From contig CAILEP010000013.1 in assembly GCA_903833275.1 (NCBI GenBank), positions 31,639 through 95,638 of the forward strand: a stretch of DNA of 64,000 bases. The letters are read 5' to 3'. The notes under the pieces were generated by a model that did no database searches, was not told the origin of the DNA, and saw nothing but the letters and a program-made list of their open reading frames with translations. The position numbers and the translations under genes are program-made. Below, piece after piece: positions 10,474 through 20,166 of this stretch (within the stretch, counting starts at the first letter, position 1; the number at the start of each line of letters is the position of its first letter). Source of the stretch: an uncultured Bdellovibrionales bacterium (GTDB lineage Bacteria; Bdellovibrionota; Bdellovibrionia; Bdellovibrionales; UBA1609).

Positions 10474-11528
10474 CGCATGCCCTGCCCGGCCCATTTGAGC
10501 AGAAGTGAGTGGGCGGCTCGGTAGCCTGGTCGAATCGAAACGATGCTCTTCAGCAATTGTGTGGCGACGCCGAGCTGACCGAGGCCGTTGAGGGCCTGGG
10601 CTCGGTAGTAAGTGACTCCAAAAGTGGTTTCGGGGTCAGCCGAGTACTTGAGTTCAATTTGCTGTAAAAAATCGAGGCACTCGAGAAAGCGCCGCGATTG
10701 CAGAAGGCATTCAGCATAGAACCAATCGACGTTGAACCCAGGCGGGGCGATCTCGAGAATGGTCTTTGCCGATTCGTAGAAATCGAGAAAGTATAAGCCG
10801 ATGGCAAGGTCATAAGCCGATTGCGGAAAGCGGCTAGCCGCTTCGGTGAAGGCCGTGCTAATTATTCGGGCGGCCTCGGCATCGGCGGGGCTCATCTTTG
10901 CTTTTGTGAGATCAAAGCTGTCGTCGAATGATTCGAGCGCTTTGCGGGCGATAAGGGCATCGGCCCAGCGCATCTTGAAGCCTTCTTTTCGCAACTTAAG
11001 ATCGGTGTCGTGGGGGTAAACGGCGACAAGTTCATCTATCAGGCGCTGCTCTTCTTCGATCATGCGGTTTTGTTGAAAGTAATCTAATTTTGCGATGAGC
11101 TTTTGTTTGTGTTCAGCCGCATTTATCATGACGTCGTGAAAGACTTTTTCGCGAAGGGCGGCAAAGCGGGGGTCGATAGTTTCCCAAGCTGAAAAATGAA
11201 AGAGCGGTTCTTCGACTTCGTCGACAGCTAGAAAAAGTTGCGCAATAAATTCTGCTTTCGGGCGAAAACCCGAGCGCTGCAAAAGATGGCAAAATGCCAT
11301 AAGGGGCAAGCGCTTTTTTTCTTTGAACCAATCAATAAAAAGGGCGAGGGTCTCGCGATAAAAACCAGCGTGAATTAAAAAGTGTACGAAAGCGAGGCGC
11401 TCTTTGCGAGTTGGTGGCGTTGTCGTCATTCGCTTAATCAGATTGAGCGCCACGCGCTCGCTTGTGCCTTCAATGACAAGCAAGTCGCGCAATGTGCGTT
11501 CAAGATCGGCTGACGACATGTCAGACAA
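10470..11528 (-). CDS. Helical-repeat (TPR-like) hypothetical protein, first gene of the TamB-BamA operon
   Basis: 352-aa ORF with a TPR-like C-terminal region (YYRAQALNGLGQLGVATQLLKSIVSIRPGY). Its stop overlaps the TamB-like start. Confidence 0.5.
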   Translation of the reverse strand: MSDMSSADLERTLRDLLVIEGTSERVALNLIKRMTTTPPTRKERLAFVHFLIHAGFYRETLALFIDWFKEKKRLPLMAFCHLLQRSGFRPKAEFIAQLFLAVDEVEEPLFHFSAWETIDPRFAALREKVFHDVMINAAEHKQKLIAKLDYFQQNRMIEEEQRLIDELVAVYPHDTDLKLRKEGFKMRWADALIARKALESFDDSFDLTKAKMSPADAEAARIISTAFTEAASRFPQSAYDLAIGLYFLDFYESAKTILEIAPPGFNVDWFYAECLLQSRRFLECLDFLQQIELKYSADPETTFGVTYYRAQALNGLGQLGVATQLLKSIVSIRPGYRAAHSLLLKWAGQGMR

Positions 11529-11627
11529 TAGGCCTCCAAGACGTTGACGATGAGAAGCGGTGAGCCACCTCTAACCTCTTTATTGTCTTAGTGAATCTGC
11601 AAGGCGGGGAGGCCTAACATCACGCAG

Positions 11628-12194
11628 CTATTTTAAGTTTACGCGCTCTTTGTATTCGCCAGTTTCGGTGTCAATTTTCAGGGTGTCACCGACGTTGGTG
11701 TGCAATGGCACTTGTACGACCAATCCGGTCTCAAGCGTGGCGGGTTTGAATGTTCCAGTGACCGTGTTGCCTTTAAACCCAGGGTCTGTTGCAACCACTT
11801 TTAAGTTTACGCTGACAGGTAAATCTAGACCAACGGCGCGTTCGTTATAAAAGCAAACTTTGGTTTTCATGCCCTCAAGCAGATAGTTTGTGGCATCGCC
11901 CAGCACTTCTTTATTGAGGGTGACTTGATTGTAATCGGCGGGGTCCATGAAATTGTAGCCATTGTCGTCTTTGTACAGATAATCCATGTCTTTAAAAACG
12001 ATATCGGGTTCGCCAAATTTTTCGCCCGATTTAATCGTGCGCTCTAAGTTTTGGCCAGTGATCAGGTTGCGAAGTTTGGTGCGGGTGAACTGGTTGCCTT
12101 TGCCGGGTTTAACGTGTTGAAAATCAACAATAGTGAATGGTTCGCCGTCAACGAGCAGGTTCAAGCCTTTACGAAAATCACTGGTTTCGATCAT
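11628..12194 (-). CDS. efp: Elongation factor P
   Basis: 188 aa. The N-terminus (FRKGLNLLVDGEPFTIVDFQHVKPGKGNQFTRTKLRNLITG) is the conserved EF-P KOW/OB signature, including the modified-Lys loop KPGKG. Confidence 0.95.
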   Translation of the reverse strand: MIETSDFRKGLNLLVDGEPFTIVDFQHVKPGKGNQFTRTKLRNLITGQNLERTIKSGEKFGEPDIVFKDMDYLYKDDNGYNFMDPADYNQVTLNKEVLGDATNYLLEGMKTKVCFYNERAVGLDLPVSVNLKVVATDPGFKGNTVTGTFKPATLETGLVVQVPLHTNVGDTLKIDTETGEYKERVNLK

Positions 12195-12236
12195 ATGTGC
12201 CTCATGTTAGAGCTTTTTTTAATAATTTTTAAAAAC

Positions 12237-13109
12237 CTAACGATTTTTAATCTGCCGAAGGAGATCTTGCAAGAACTCAATTTTATTATCGGCCTCAGAG
12301 GCTCTAATGGGCGGCAAAGACATTTCGGAGGCATCGGCGGCGCTCTTGGGGTGCGGAATATTTTCAACATGCCGATGGTGAATGAGCTTTAAACGCTTTA
12401 CCACCTCGGGGTCAGGCCCCAAAAGGCGTTCGGCCTCATTGAGGGCTTCGAGAGCGCGGTCGATCTCATTGCGCACGATATAGGCGTCAGCCAGGCTCAA
12501 AACGCGATCGATGAACTTATTTTTCTTAACGGTGTCTTTCGACACCTGAACTTCGCCGGTCAAAGACCCGAAATCCATCTCAACTTCATTCCACTCTTTC
12601 ATGGCCTGTTGAAGGGGCTTCATGGCGAAAATATCGTCTTCGTATTCATCAGCCGTTAGGGCCTCGAGCTTTTTAACAGCCTTTTGGGCGCGCTCGTTAT
12701 CGGGGCTTAGAAACAAAAGAATTTTATAGGCCCGTAAAGCCTCTTTCGGTTTTTTTAAATAAAGCAAAACTTCGGCCAAAAGCTGATGGGCCAAAATATT
12801 TTCGGGCGAGAGTTCGGTGGCTTTGCGGAATTCAACCTCAGCATCTTTGAAGCGCTCAAGGGTCTGATAGATGCGCCCTAACGCAACGCGACCGCCAGCG
12901 AAGTTCGGGTGAATTTTCACACCAGTTTCGGCTACTTCGAGGGCTTCTTTCAACAATTGCATCTTACGATATGAGTCAGCAAGAGGCGCAAAAACCTGCG
13001 AGCGTGGGTCTTGCTCATAGAGCAGCTGGTAGCGTTCAACCTGTTGCGAATTCACTTCATCTGATTTCATCGTTGCCTTGATTCTGACACCTGTTGAAAT
13101 CGAATTCAA
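12237..13109 (-). CDS. TPR repeat protein
   Basis: Several 34-residue TPR-like units, for example ALGRIYQTLERFKDAEVEFRKATELSPEN and AHQLLAEVLLYLKKPKEALRAYKILLFLSPDN. Confidence 0.65.
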   Translation of the reverse strand: MNSISTGVRIKATMKSDEVNSQQVERYQLLYEQDPRSQVFAPLADSYRKMQLLKEALEVAETGVKIHPNFAGGRVALGRIYQTLERFKDAEVEFRKATELSPENILAHQLLAEVLLYLKKPKEALRAYKILLFLSPDNERAQKAVKKLEALTADEYEDDIFAMKPLQQAMKEWNEVEMDFGSLTGEVQVSKDTVKKNKFIDRVLSLADAYIVRNEIDRALEALNEAERLLGPDPEVVKRLKLIHHRHVENIPHPKSAADASEMSLPPIRASEADNKIEFLQDLLRQIKNR

Positions 13110-13178
13110 TAGCGTGTTTAATGGGGGCGGATTTAAAAACCAAAAAGACCTTAAAATATTGGCTTCGAGGGGGATTGT

Positions 13179-13715
13179 TTGTCGATCATTTTAGGCATTG
13201 ACCCGGGTTCACGATTAACTGGCTGGGGAGTCATCAAAACGAGCCGCAAAAGCTCCGATTTGGTTTGCCTCGGGCAGGGGGTCGTCGAAATCAACGACAA
13301 GCGGCCTCTAAGCGAGCGCCTGGGCGTGCTGATCGATGAAATTGAGTCGATCGTCGCTGAATTTAAACCCGCCATGCTTTCGGTTGAAAAAGTATTTTTT
13401 GGCAAAAACGCCGACAGTGCCTTTAAACTTGGCCAGGCCCGCGGGGTTGTTTTAGCCGTCGCCGGCCGCCACCACCTGCCGGTGTTTGAATATGCCACGC
13501 GTTCAGCTAAAAAAATGCTGACCGGCAATGGTGCGGCGACTAAAGAACATGTGCAAATGATAGTGCAGAATATGTTGAGTGTGCGCGAAACACGTCTCGA
13601 TGCGACTGACGCCCTCGCTTTGGCCATTTGCCATGCGAGCCACGCCGAGGTCACTGAACGGCTTAAAGTGCAGATTGAGGCGCGACCTAAACGACATGAG
13701 GTAAGTGAATTATGA
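13179..13715 (+). CDS. ruvC: Holliday junction resolvase RuvC
   Basis: The N-terminal ILGIDPGSRLTGWGVI motif carries the catalytic Asp. TTG start with GAGGGGGA upstream. Synteny with ruvA and ruvB. Confidence 0.9.
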   Translation: MSIILGIDPGSRLTGWGVIKTSRKSSDLVCLGQGVVEINDKRPLSERLGVLIDEIESIVAEFKPAMLSVEKVFFGKNADSAFKLGQARGVVLAVAGRHHLPVFEYATRSAKKMLTGNGAATKEHVQMIVQNMLSVRETRLDATDALALAICHASHAEVTERLKVQIEARPKRHEVSEL

Positions 13716-14284
13716 TTAGTTATCTACAAGGGGCTATTCTCACCCAAGACGACGAAACCGTTGTGATCAACGTGCGCGGGGTAGGCTACGAGGTATGGGC
13801 CTCGGCCCACACGCTCGGGGCATTGATGGGCTTATCGCAAGTGCAGGTTTGGGTTCACACCCATGTGCGCGAAGACAACATTCAGCTTTTTGGGTTCGCC
13901 ACACGAGCCGAAAAAGAGCTTTTTCTATCGCTCACCAAGGTCAATGGCATCGGGCCAAAAGTGGCCATGAAGATCTTGTCGGGCGCCCCGCTGAATTCAA
14001 TCATCCAGATGATAGATGAGGGTGACGTGCGCGGCCTTTCAAATTTGCCCAAAGTCGGCAAGAAAACGGCCGAACAAATTATTCTATCTTTAAAAGGCAA
14101 ATTGATTGTTGGTGACGAAAAATCGCCGCACGTGGGTTTTGCCGCACGTGCGGATATTATTTCGGCGCTGGTGAATTTGGGCTTTAAAATTCAGGACGTA
14201 GAAAAAGTGGTGAATAAACTTGAGCCCTCTCTCGAATTCGAAGATGGCGTTAAGGCCGGTCTTTCGCATTTGGCGACCCAGTAG
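13712..14284 (+). CDS. ruvA: Holliday junction DNA helicase subunit RuvA
   Basis: MISYLQG...VGYEV N-terminal OB domain and the HhH motif region LTKVNGIGPKVAMKIL. Overlaps the ruvC stop by 4 nt. Confidence 0.9.
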   Translation: MISYLQGAILTQDDETVVINVRGVGYEVWASAHTLGALMGLSQVQVWVHTHVREDNIQLFGFATRAEKELFLSLTKVNGIGPKVAMKILSGAPLNSIIQMIDEGDVRGLSNLPKVGKKTAEQIILSLKGKLIVGDEKSPHVGFAARADIISALVNLGFKIQDVEKVVNKLEPSLEFEDGVKAGLSHLATQ

Positions 14285-14304
14285 ATTTACTTTAGGAGCA
14301 TACT

Positions 14305-15369
14305 ATGTCACGCGTACTATCAACTGAAAAAAACGAAATTGACGGCGGCGAAGAAAAAGTCGAGCACAGCCTGCGGCCGAAAAGTTTTGACGAATTCCCA
14401 GGGCAAGAAAAAGTAAAAGAAAAATTATTGGTGTTTGTTGAGGCCGCGCGAAAACGCAAAGAGCCTCTTGATCACACCTTGCTTTGTGGCCCCCCCGGGT
14501 TGGGTAAGACTACGCTTGCGCATATTATCGCCCATCACATGGAGGTCGAGCTCAAAATCACCTCGGGGCCTGTGCTCAATCGTAAGGGCGATCTCGCGGC
14601 ACTGCTGACGAGCCTTCGCCCGCATTCTGTTTTGTTTATCGATGAGATCCATCGTTTATCGAAAGACGTTGAAGAGTATCTGTACAGCGCGATGGAAGAC
14701 TTTGCTCTCGACATCATCACCGGCGAAGGCCTCGGCGCGCGCACCATGCGTTTTAAATTGGCGCCCTTCACTTTGATTGGCGCCACCACTCGCGCGGGCT
14801 TGCTCAAAGCCCCTTTTCGCGATCGTTTCGGTATTTTAGAGCGACTTAGCTTTTACGACCGCACGGCCTTAATGGCGATTTTGAAACGCTCGGCCAATCT
14901 ATTGTCGATCGCGCTTACTGATGATGGCGCCGAAGAGATCGCGCGCCGCAGTCGAGGCACTCCGCGAGTGGCAAATCGCTTGCTTCGTCGCGTGCGCGAT
15001 TATGCCGAAGTTAAAGGTGAGGGCAAAATCACTACAGACCTTGCGCACTATTCGCTCGATCAACTCGAAGTTGACCAGCTTGGCCTCGATCAAATGGATC
15101 GCAAAATTCTCACTCTGATCATTGAAAAATTTGGCGGCGGCCCGGTAGGCATCGAGACCCTTTCGTCAGCCTTAAGCGAAGAGAACGACACCATCGAAGA
15201 GGTTTACGAGCCATTTCTATTGCAAGAGGGCTTGATGCAAAAGACCCCACGCGGTCGGGTTATCACACGAACCGCCATCGAGCATTTGCAAAAAACCGAC
15301 CCGACCCTGGCCTCGCGAGTGGCGCTGCCGCCGCGGGCTTTCGATGTGCAGACCAAACTTGATGTTTGA
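14305..15369 (+). CDS. ruvB: Holliday junction DNA helicase RuvB
   Basis: [17 protein letters not shown], Walker [12 protein letters not shown], Walker [10 protein letters not shown] and the sensor region ATTRAGLL. Confidence 0.95.
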   Translation: MSRVLSTEKNEIDGGEEKVEHSLRPKSFDEFPGQEKVKEKLLVFVEAARKRKEPLDHTLLCGPPGLGKTTLAHIIAHHMEVELKITSGPVLNRKGDLAALLTSLRPHSVLFIDEIHRLSKDVEEYLYSAMEDFALDIITGEGLGARTMRFKLAPFTLIGATTRAGLLKAPFRDRFGILERLSFYDRTALMAILKRSANLLSIALTDDGAEEIARRSRGTPRVANRLLRRVRDYAEVKGEGKITTDLAHYSLDQLEVDQLGLDQMDRKILTLIIEKFGGGPVGIETLSSALSEENDTIEEVYEPFLLQEGLMQKTPRGRVITRTAIEHLQKTDPTLASRVALPPRAFDVQTKLDV

Positions 15370-15382
15370 GGGCGCAATCTGA

Positions 15383-16834
15383 GTGGCAAAACAAGCTGAT
15401 CGCATTTTGTCTCATGTTTTGAGAGTCTTTTCGAAATACTTTTTAGGCCTCGGGGTGGGGCTCTCGTTGCTTTCAGTTTTATACGGTATTGTGAATTACC
15501 AGGCTTACTACGGTGATGGCGCTTTTTTTGTTTTTCAAAACCTTATGTTTAAGCAGATATTTTATGACGGCACATATTGGCGGCAAAGTGACATAATTTT
15601 TCAGCTACCAGCTTTGTCTCTTAGCCTTGTATCGACAAAGCTATTCTATGACTGGGCGCCGTCGGTTTTTAACTTTACCTATTTGGTGCATCCAATTCTT
15701 AGTCTTATTTATTGTTATTGGATTGTAAAACGGTTGCGTCGGCCGTGGCTAATGCTCTTTCCGCTTGCGAGTTTTGGCTCTGCGACGCTCTGCACTCTTG
15801 GTTTTGCTGTGAGTTCGGTACCCGACGCTCTTTCATTTTTTTGGCCAGCGGCGCTCCTATTGCTTAAAGAAGAAGGGCTCGAATGGTTTGATTTTTTGCA
15901 AGTTCTCATTTTGTTGCTCGCGCTGGCCTTTAGTTACGAAGCCGATATCGCTTTGTTTTTAGTTCTACTGCTCTGGCAGAGTTATCGAGTTTGGCGACTC
16001 TACTATTTTGGTCAAAAGCATAGAGTTGAAGTTGCGGTTTTAACTGCATTGGCGATGGGGGCTTCGTGGGGCTTCTACCGGCTCTTTGGCCCGGGTGTCG
16101 GTGATAAGAATCACTTTTTTGATTCTTTTGCGAATTTGTGGGAGGGCGCTCGGCTTCTCATTCTTTATGCCGGCGTCTTATTTCCTATTGCTGTTCTCGT
16201 ATTAGCTCGGAGCTATCGATTAAAGCCTCTAATTCTTTTTGTTTTACCCATCGGCTATATTTTGATGGCGGGTTGTTCGTTTCGACTCGAGTTTTATACC
16301 AGCGCATTCTTTTTGATGCGTGCTTTTGCCCTGCCAGTGGCCGGGGTCATTCTCATGTCTCTCTACGCAATCGAGTTTAACAAAGATAGAGTATTGACGG
16401 TTTTTGAAAGGCCCACCGAAGAACGGTCGGTATTATCAATGATTGTGGCGTCAATTCTGATTATTGGGGCGATTTTCTTTGGTAGAGGGGCCCACAGAAA
16501 TGGACTCGCCATCAATCGCCTTGAGAATATGTTGGCAGAGAAAAAATCCTGCTTTGTCGTCTCTCAAGCTGATTACCGCGAAAAGCTTGGCGGTGATCTG
16601 TCGGGCTGGTCGTTGGCGCAGCTTTCATTGATAGTTCAAAAAAGCTGGCCCCCGGCGGCGATTGCGTTCGCCTCAGACCCGCTTTCAATGTTTTCAATAT
16701 ATAACAACCCCTGTGAGCGAATTGAGAGAGGGTTTTTACCCATTATTAACCAATACGAATTCGCCGAATCGAAATATCCATATCTCGATTTTTCTCGTCT
16801 AAGAGCAAAACCAAAGCTTGGCGAGAAGCCGTAG
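15383..16834 (+). CDS. Polytopic integral membrane protein, function unknown
   Basis: 483 aa with a GTG start and at least 10 predicted hydrophobic helices followed by a soluble C-terminal part. No family recognised by eye. Confidence 0.55.
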   Translation: MAKQADRILSHVLRVFSKYFLGLGVGLSLLSVLYGIVNYQAYYGDGAFFVFQNLMFKQIFYDGTYWRQSDIIFQLPALSLSLVSTKLFYDWAPSVFNFTYLVHPILSLIYCYWIVKRLRRPWLMLFPLASFGSATLCTLGFAVSSVPDALSFFWPAALLLLKEEGLEWFDFLQVLILLLALAFSYEADIALFLVLLLWQSYRVWRLYYFGQKHRVEVAVLTALAMGASWGFYRLFGPGVGDKNHFFDSFANLWEGARLLILYAGVLFPIAVLVLARSYRLKPLILFVLPIGYILMAGCSFRLEFYTSAFFLMRAFALPVAGVILMSLYAIEFNKDRVLTVFERPTEERSVLSMIVASILIIGAIFFGRGAHRNGLAINRLENMLAEKKSCFVVSQADYREKLGGDLSGWSLAQLSLIVQKSWPPAAIAFASDPLSMFSIYNNPCERIERGFLPIINQYEFAESKYPYLDFSRLRAKPKLGEKP

Positions 16835-16895
16835 ACCGCGGGCCTCGACCAAAGTCTCTCTCAATCTCAACGTGTATCTTTCCGATACGGTTGGC

Positions 16896-17177
16896 ATGAA
16901 GAAACTTTTCTTGGCCGGCATTATTTTTGTCGCCGGCTTTATATTCATAGGCTGCGCATCTGATGACAGCCGGCACATTGCTACTGTTGATGATTACGAT
17001 GATGGCTCGCGCGCTCATCCGGCAGCCTACTTGAGCGATCGTTTTCAGGTGCGTCGCGAGTTGCCCGAAAAAAAACACGGGCCCAATGCGCCGTTTTACT
17101 TCAAACGCTGTGCCTCAGCCGGCGAACGAAATTTCTATTCGCGCACGTCATACGATTGCGAATACCCGTTTAATTGA
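16896..17177 (+). CDS. Small lipoprotein, hypothetical
   Basis: The internal ATG at 16896 gives the lipoprotein signal MKKLFLAGIIFVAGFIFIGC. The track start at 16818 overlaps the preceding gene. Confidence 0.5.
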   Translation: MKKLFLAGIIFVAGFIFIGCASDDSRHIATVDDYDDGSRAHPAAYLSDRFQVRRELPEKKHGPNAPFYFKRCASAGERNFYSRTSYDCEYPFN

Positions 17178-17213
17178 TTTCTTTTTTGCCGGCGTATTTG
17201 TTATTTAGAAATT

Positions 17214-17729
17214 TTAATTTTCTGAAACAAACTCGAAGCGCGCGGCAAACCCCTCGGCGATCAGAGATTTCTTGACCGATTCGTCAACGCTCGAAGCGAG
17301 CTGCAGATCGCTTTTGTCATTGAAGATTTCTGCGTAGTGAGACTTGAGCGCTTTTGGCAAAGCCCGACTGTCACCTTTGCAACCATAATAAGATGAGAGG
17401 GCGTCGACATATTCGCCTCCGCCTTGAGCTGCTTGTTTTTTAATTTCGACAAAATTGCTGGCGATATAGAATTCGCGCTGTTTTTCGAGGCTACCGAACG
17501 CCTTGCAGGGCCCGGTTGAGCTCACATAAGAAGTCGTTGAACTCGAACTGCCGATTGTGGTCATGGCCATGGCATTGGAGAAATTGTCTTTGGTTATTGG
17601 CTTAGGATATATGATTTTCTCGCTGCAATTTTTGGCGTTGTAAGCCCAGGCCGAGGGTGTCGAAAATATCAACGGTAAAAGGGCTGTCGTAATAAGACGA
17701 GAAATAGATTGAATTGCTGTTTTACCCAT
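17214..17729 (-). CDS. Secreted hypothetical protein
   Basis: The internal Met gives the signal peptide MGKTAIQSISRLITTALLPLIFSTPSAWA. No family recognised. Confidence 0.45.
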   Translation of the reverse strand: MGKTAIQSISRLITTALLPLIFSTPSAWAYNAKNCSEKIIYPKPITKDNFSNAMAMTTIGSSSSTTSYVSSTGPCKAFGSLEKQREFYIASNFVEIKKQAAQGGGEYVDALSSYYGCKGDSRALPKALKSHYAEIFNDKSDLQLASSVDESVKKSLIAEGFAARFEFVSEN

Positions 17730-17971
17730 AGTCACCTCTGTTAAATACCACTTCACCCGATTTTTACTTTGCTGGCAAATGCCTGAGGCTTTGCTTGGAA
17801 GGGGTGTGATCTTGTGCACACTGTTGTTTTTAAGTCGCGCCGTATGACGTCCAGCAAAAAAGATCTTATCGAAAAACCATTAAGCGCAGAGCTCAAAAGC
17901 TCCACAGATAATTCGGCGGTTTGCGCCTCACTTGCAAGTTGTGGCATCAATTTTGTATAGGGATACAGCAT

Positions 17972-18874
17972 ATGTTTCTACAGCGCACGATTCGTAAAAA
18001 AGTTGAAGTCAACGGCATAGGCCTGCACACGGGTAAACCGACAAAGCTGACCTTTTGTCCAGCTCCTGAAAACACCGGCGTTTATTTTATTCGCACTGAT
18101 TTGCCCGGGCGACCGGCGCTGGCCGCCCGCGCCACGCATGTCAAAGCCACCCAGCTGGCGACCACGGTTGGCGGCGAGCACTTCTCGGTTTCAACAGTAG
18201 AGCACTGCCTTTCGACACTTTCGGCGTTTCGAATCGACAATCTTTTTATCGAGCTTGATGGGCCAGAGATACCAATCGGCGACGGCAGTGCGAAGGTTTT
18301 TCTAGATGCCATTATGGAGGCCGGTCTTTTCGAGCAAGAACAGCCTCGTAAATATGCCTATATCAATCAAACGATCTATTATGGCGACAGCGACAGGTAT
18401 GCCTATGTGGCGCCCTACAATGGCTTGCGCATCACCTGCACCATCGAGTTTCCGCACCCTAAAATAGGCAAGCAGACTATGGATATTGATATCAATGAGC
18501 AGTCGTTTGCCCGCGAAATTGCCCCGGCGCGAACCTTTGGCTTCATGCGTGACGTTGAAGCAATGCGGGCCAAGGGTTTGGCACTTGGCGGCAGTATGGA
18601 TAACGCGATAGTTCTCGATCAAGAAGAAATCCTGAACCCCGATGGCCTTCGTTTTCACGATGAGTTCGTGCGGCACAAGGTTTTAGATGCCCTGGGTGAC
18701 CTTGTGACCCTCGGTTTGCCGATTATGGGTAATTTGGTGCTTTATAAGGCCGGTCATGACCTTATGAACCGCCTGGTTAAAAAGATTCTCGAGTCGACCG
18801 ACAGTTATCGCACCATAGAGCTGGGCGCCGACTTGCCCGAAGACCCGTTTCAAGCCCAATACATCTGGGGCTAA
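17972..18874 (+). CDS. lpxC: UDP-3-O-acyl-N-acetylglucosamine deacetylase
   Basis: MFLQRTIRKKVEVNGIGLHTGKPTKLTF at the N-terminus, plus the HDEFVRHKVLDALGDL zinc/active-site region. Confidence 0.9.
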   Translation: MFLQRTIRKKVEVNGIGLHTGKPTKLTFCPAPENTGVYFIRTDLPGRPALAARATHVKATQLATTVGGEHFSVSTVEHCLSTLSAFRIDNLFIELDGPEIPIGDGSAKVFLDAIMEAGLFEQEQPRKYAYINQTIYYGDSDRYAYVAPYNGLRITCTIEFPHPKIGKQTMDIDINEQSFAREIAPARTFGFMRDVEAMRAKGLALGGSMDNAIVLDQEEILNPDGLRFHDEFVRHKVLDALGDLVTLGLPIMGNLVLYKAGHDLMNRLVKKILESTDSYRTIELGADLPEDPFQAQYIWG

Positions 18875-18962
18875 CCCCCTCGTGCTCGCTTGCAAAACAA
18901 GCCAGCCTATGATTGAAATAACTACTTCGTAAATTAAGCGCTCAAAAACAGAGAGGTTTACA

Positions 18963-20069
18963 ATGATTATTGGCGTGCCAAAAGAAATTAAAATTGGTGA
19001 AAATCGAGTCGGTCTAACAGACGCATCAGTTCGTCAATTGGTGACCGAGGGTCACACGGTTTATATCGAAAAAGATGCCGGTCTCGGCAGCCATATTTCA
19101 AACGAAACCTATGAAAAAGTCGGCGCCAAGCTTTTGCCGAGTGCAAAAGAGGTTTGGGCGAAAGCGCAGATGATCGTAAAGGTAAAAGAGCCGTTACCTG
19201 AAGAATACGATCTAATGAAAGAAGACCTTATTCTCTATACTTATTTGCATTTGGCCCCAGAGCCGAAATTAACTAAAGCGCTTTGCGATCGAAAAGTGAA
19301 AGCCATTGCTTACGAAACCATTCAGCTTGAAGACGGAAGCTTGCCGCTTTTGACTCCGATGAGCGAAGTGGCCGGTCGAATGGCGACTCAGGTCGGCGCG
19401 ACTTATTTGCAAAAAGACCGTGGCGGCATGGGCGTACTATTGGGCGGAGTCACCGGCGTCGAACGTTCAACAGTCACCGTTATCGGCGGCGGCGTTGTCG
19501 GCATTAACTCTGCAAAAATGGCAATCGGCTTAGGAGCTGAAGTTATTATTCTCGACGTCAACCATCGCCGACTTGAATATCTTGATGATGTATTTCAGGG
19601 CCGTATTCAAACGCTTTATTCGAACGCACTTAATATCGAAAAATCAGTTCAGCGCTCGCACCTCGTTATCGGCGGCGTGTTGGTGACTGGCCATCGCGCC
19701 CCGCGCCTGGTGACCAAAGAAATGGTTTCTCGAATGATGAAGGGCAGCGTGATTGTGGATGTTGCTGTCGATCAGGGCGGTTGCATTGAGACCTGCCGAC
19801 CGACTTCGCACACTCAGCCAACATTTGAAGTCGACGGAGTCATCCACTACGCCGTGCCGAACATGCCTGGCGCCGTGGCGCGCACTTCAACTTACGCTTT
19901 GAACAATGCGACCTACAAATATTGTTCAATGCTGGCTCGAATGGGCGTCGAAGATGCTATTGCAAAAGACAAAGCTCTTTATCTTGGGCTTAACGTTTAC
20001 AATGGCTATGTGGCCTACGAGCCCGTCGCTCGCGACCTGAACATGGAATACCGCCCGTACAAAATATAA
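18963..20069 (+). CDS. ald: Alanine dehydrogenase
   Basis: MIIGVPKEIKIGENRVGLT at the N-terminus and the Rossmann motif VIGGGVVGINSA. 368 aa, typical Ald length. Confidence 0.9.
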   Translation: MIIGVPKEIKIGENRVGLTDASVRQLVTEGHTVYIEKDAGLGSHISNETYEKVGAKLLPSAKEVWAKAQMIVKVKEPLPEEYDLMKEDLILYTYLHLAPEPKLTKALCDRKVKAIAYETIQLEDGSLPLLTPMSEVAGRMATQVGATYLQKDRGGMGVLLGGVTGVERSTVTVIGGGVVGINSAKMAIGLGAEVIILDVNHRRLEYLDDVFQGRIQTLYSNALNIEKSVQRSHLVIGGVLVTGHRAPRLVTKEMVSRMMKGSVIVDVAVDQGGCIETCRPTSHTQPTFEVDGVIHYAVPNMPGAVARTSTYALNNATYKYCSMLARMGVEDAIAKDKALYLGLNVYNGYVAYEPVARDLNMEYRPYKI

Positions 20070-20166
20070 TACCCGGCCTGTTTTCTGGTGGACACCGCAG
20101 CATAAATTTTTGCGGGTCCACAGCTTGTATTAACTATCGGTTCGTATGTGAGCGCCGACCGCTTTA

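Noticed and set aside
13151-13654. 167-aa minus-strand ORF antisense to ruvC
   Set aside because: It overlaps the strongly supported ruvC frame and has the Ser/Arg/Pro-rich composition of an antisense frame.
20088-20121. Imperfect hairpin GTGGACACCGC…GCGGGTCCAC after ald, as a possible terminator
   Set aside because: The stem has a bulge, the loop is long, and no U-run follows. It is too weak to call.
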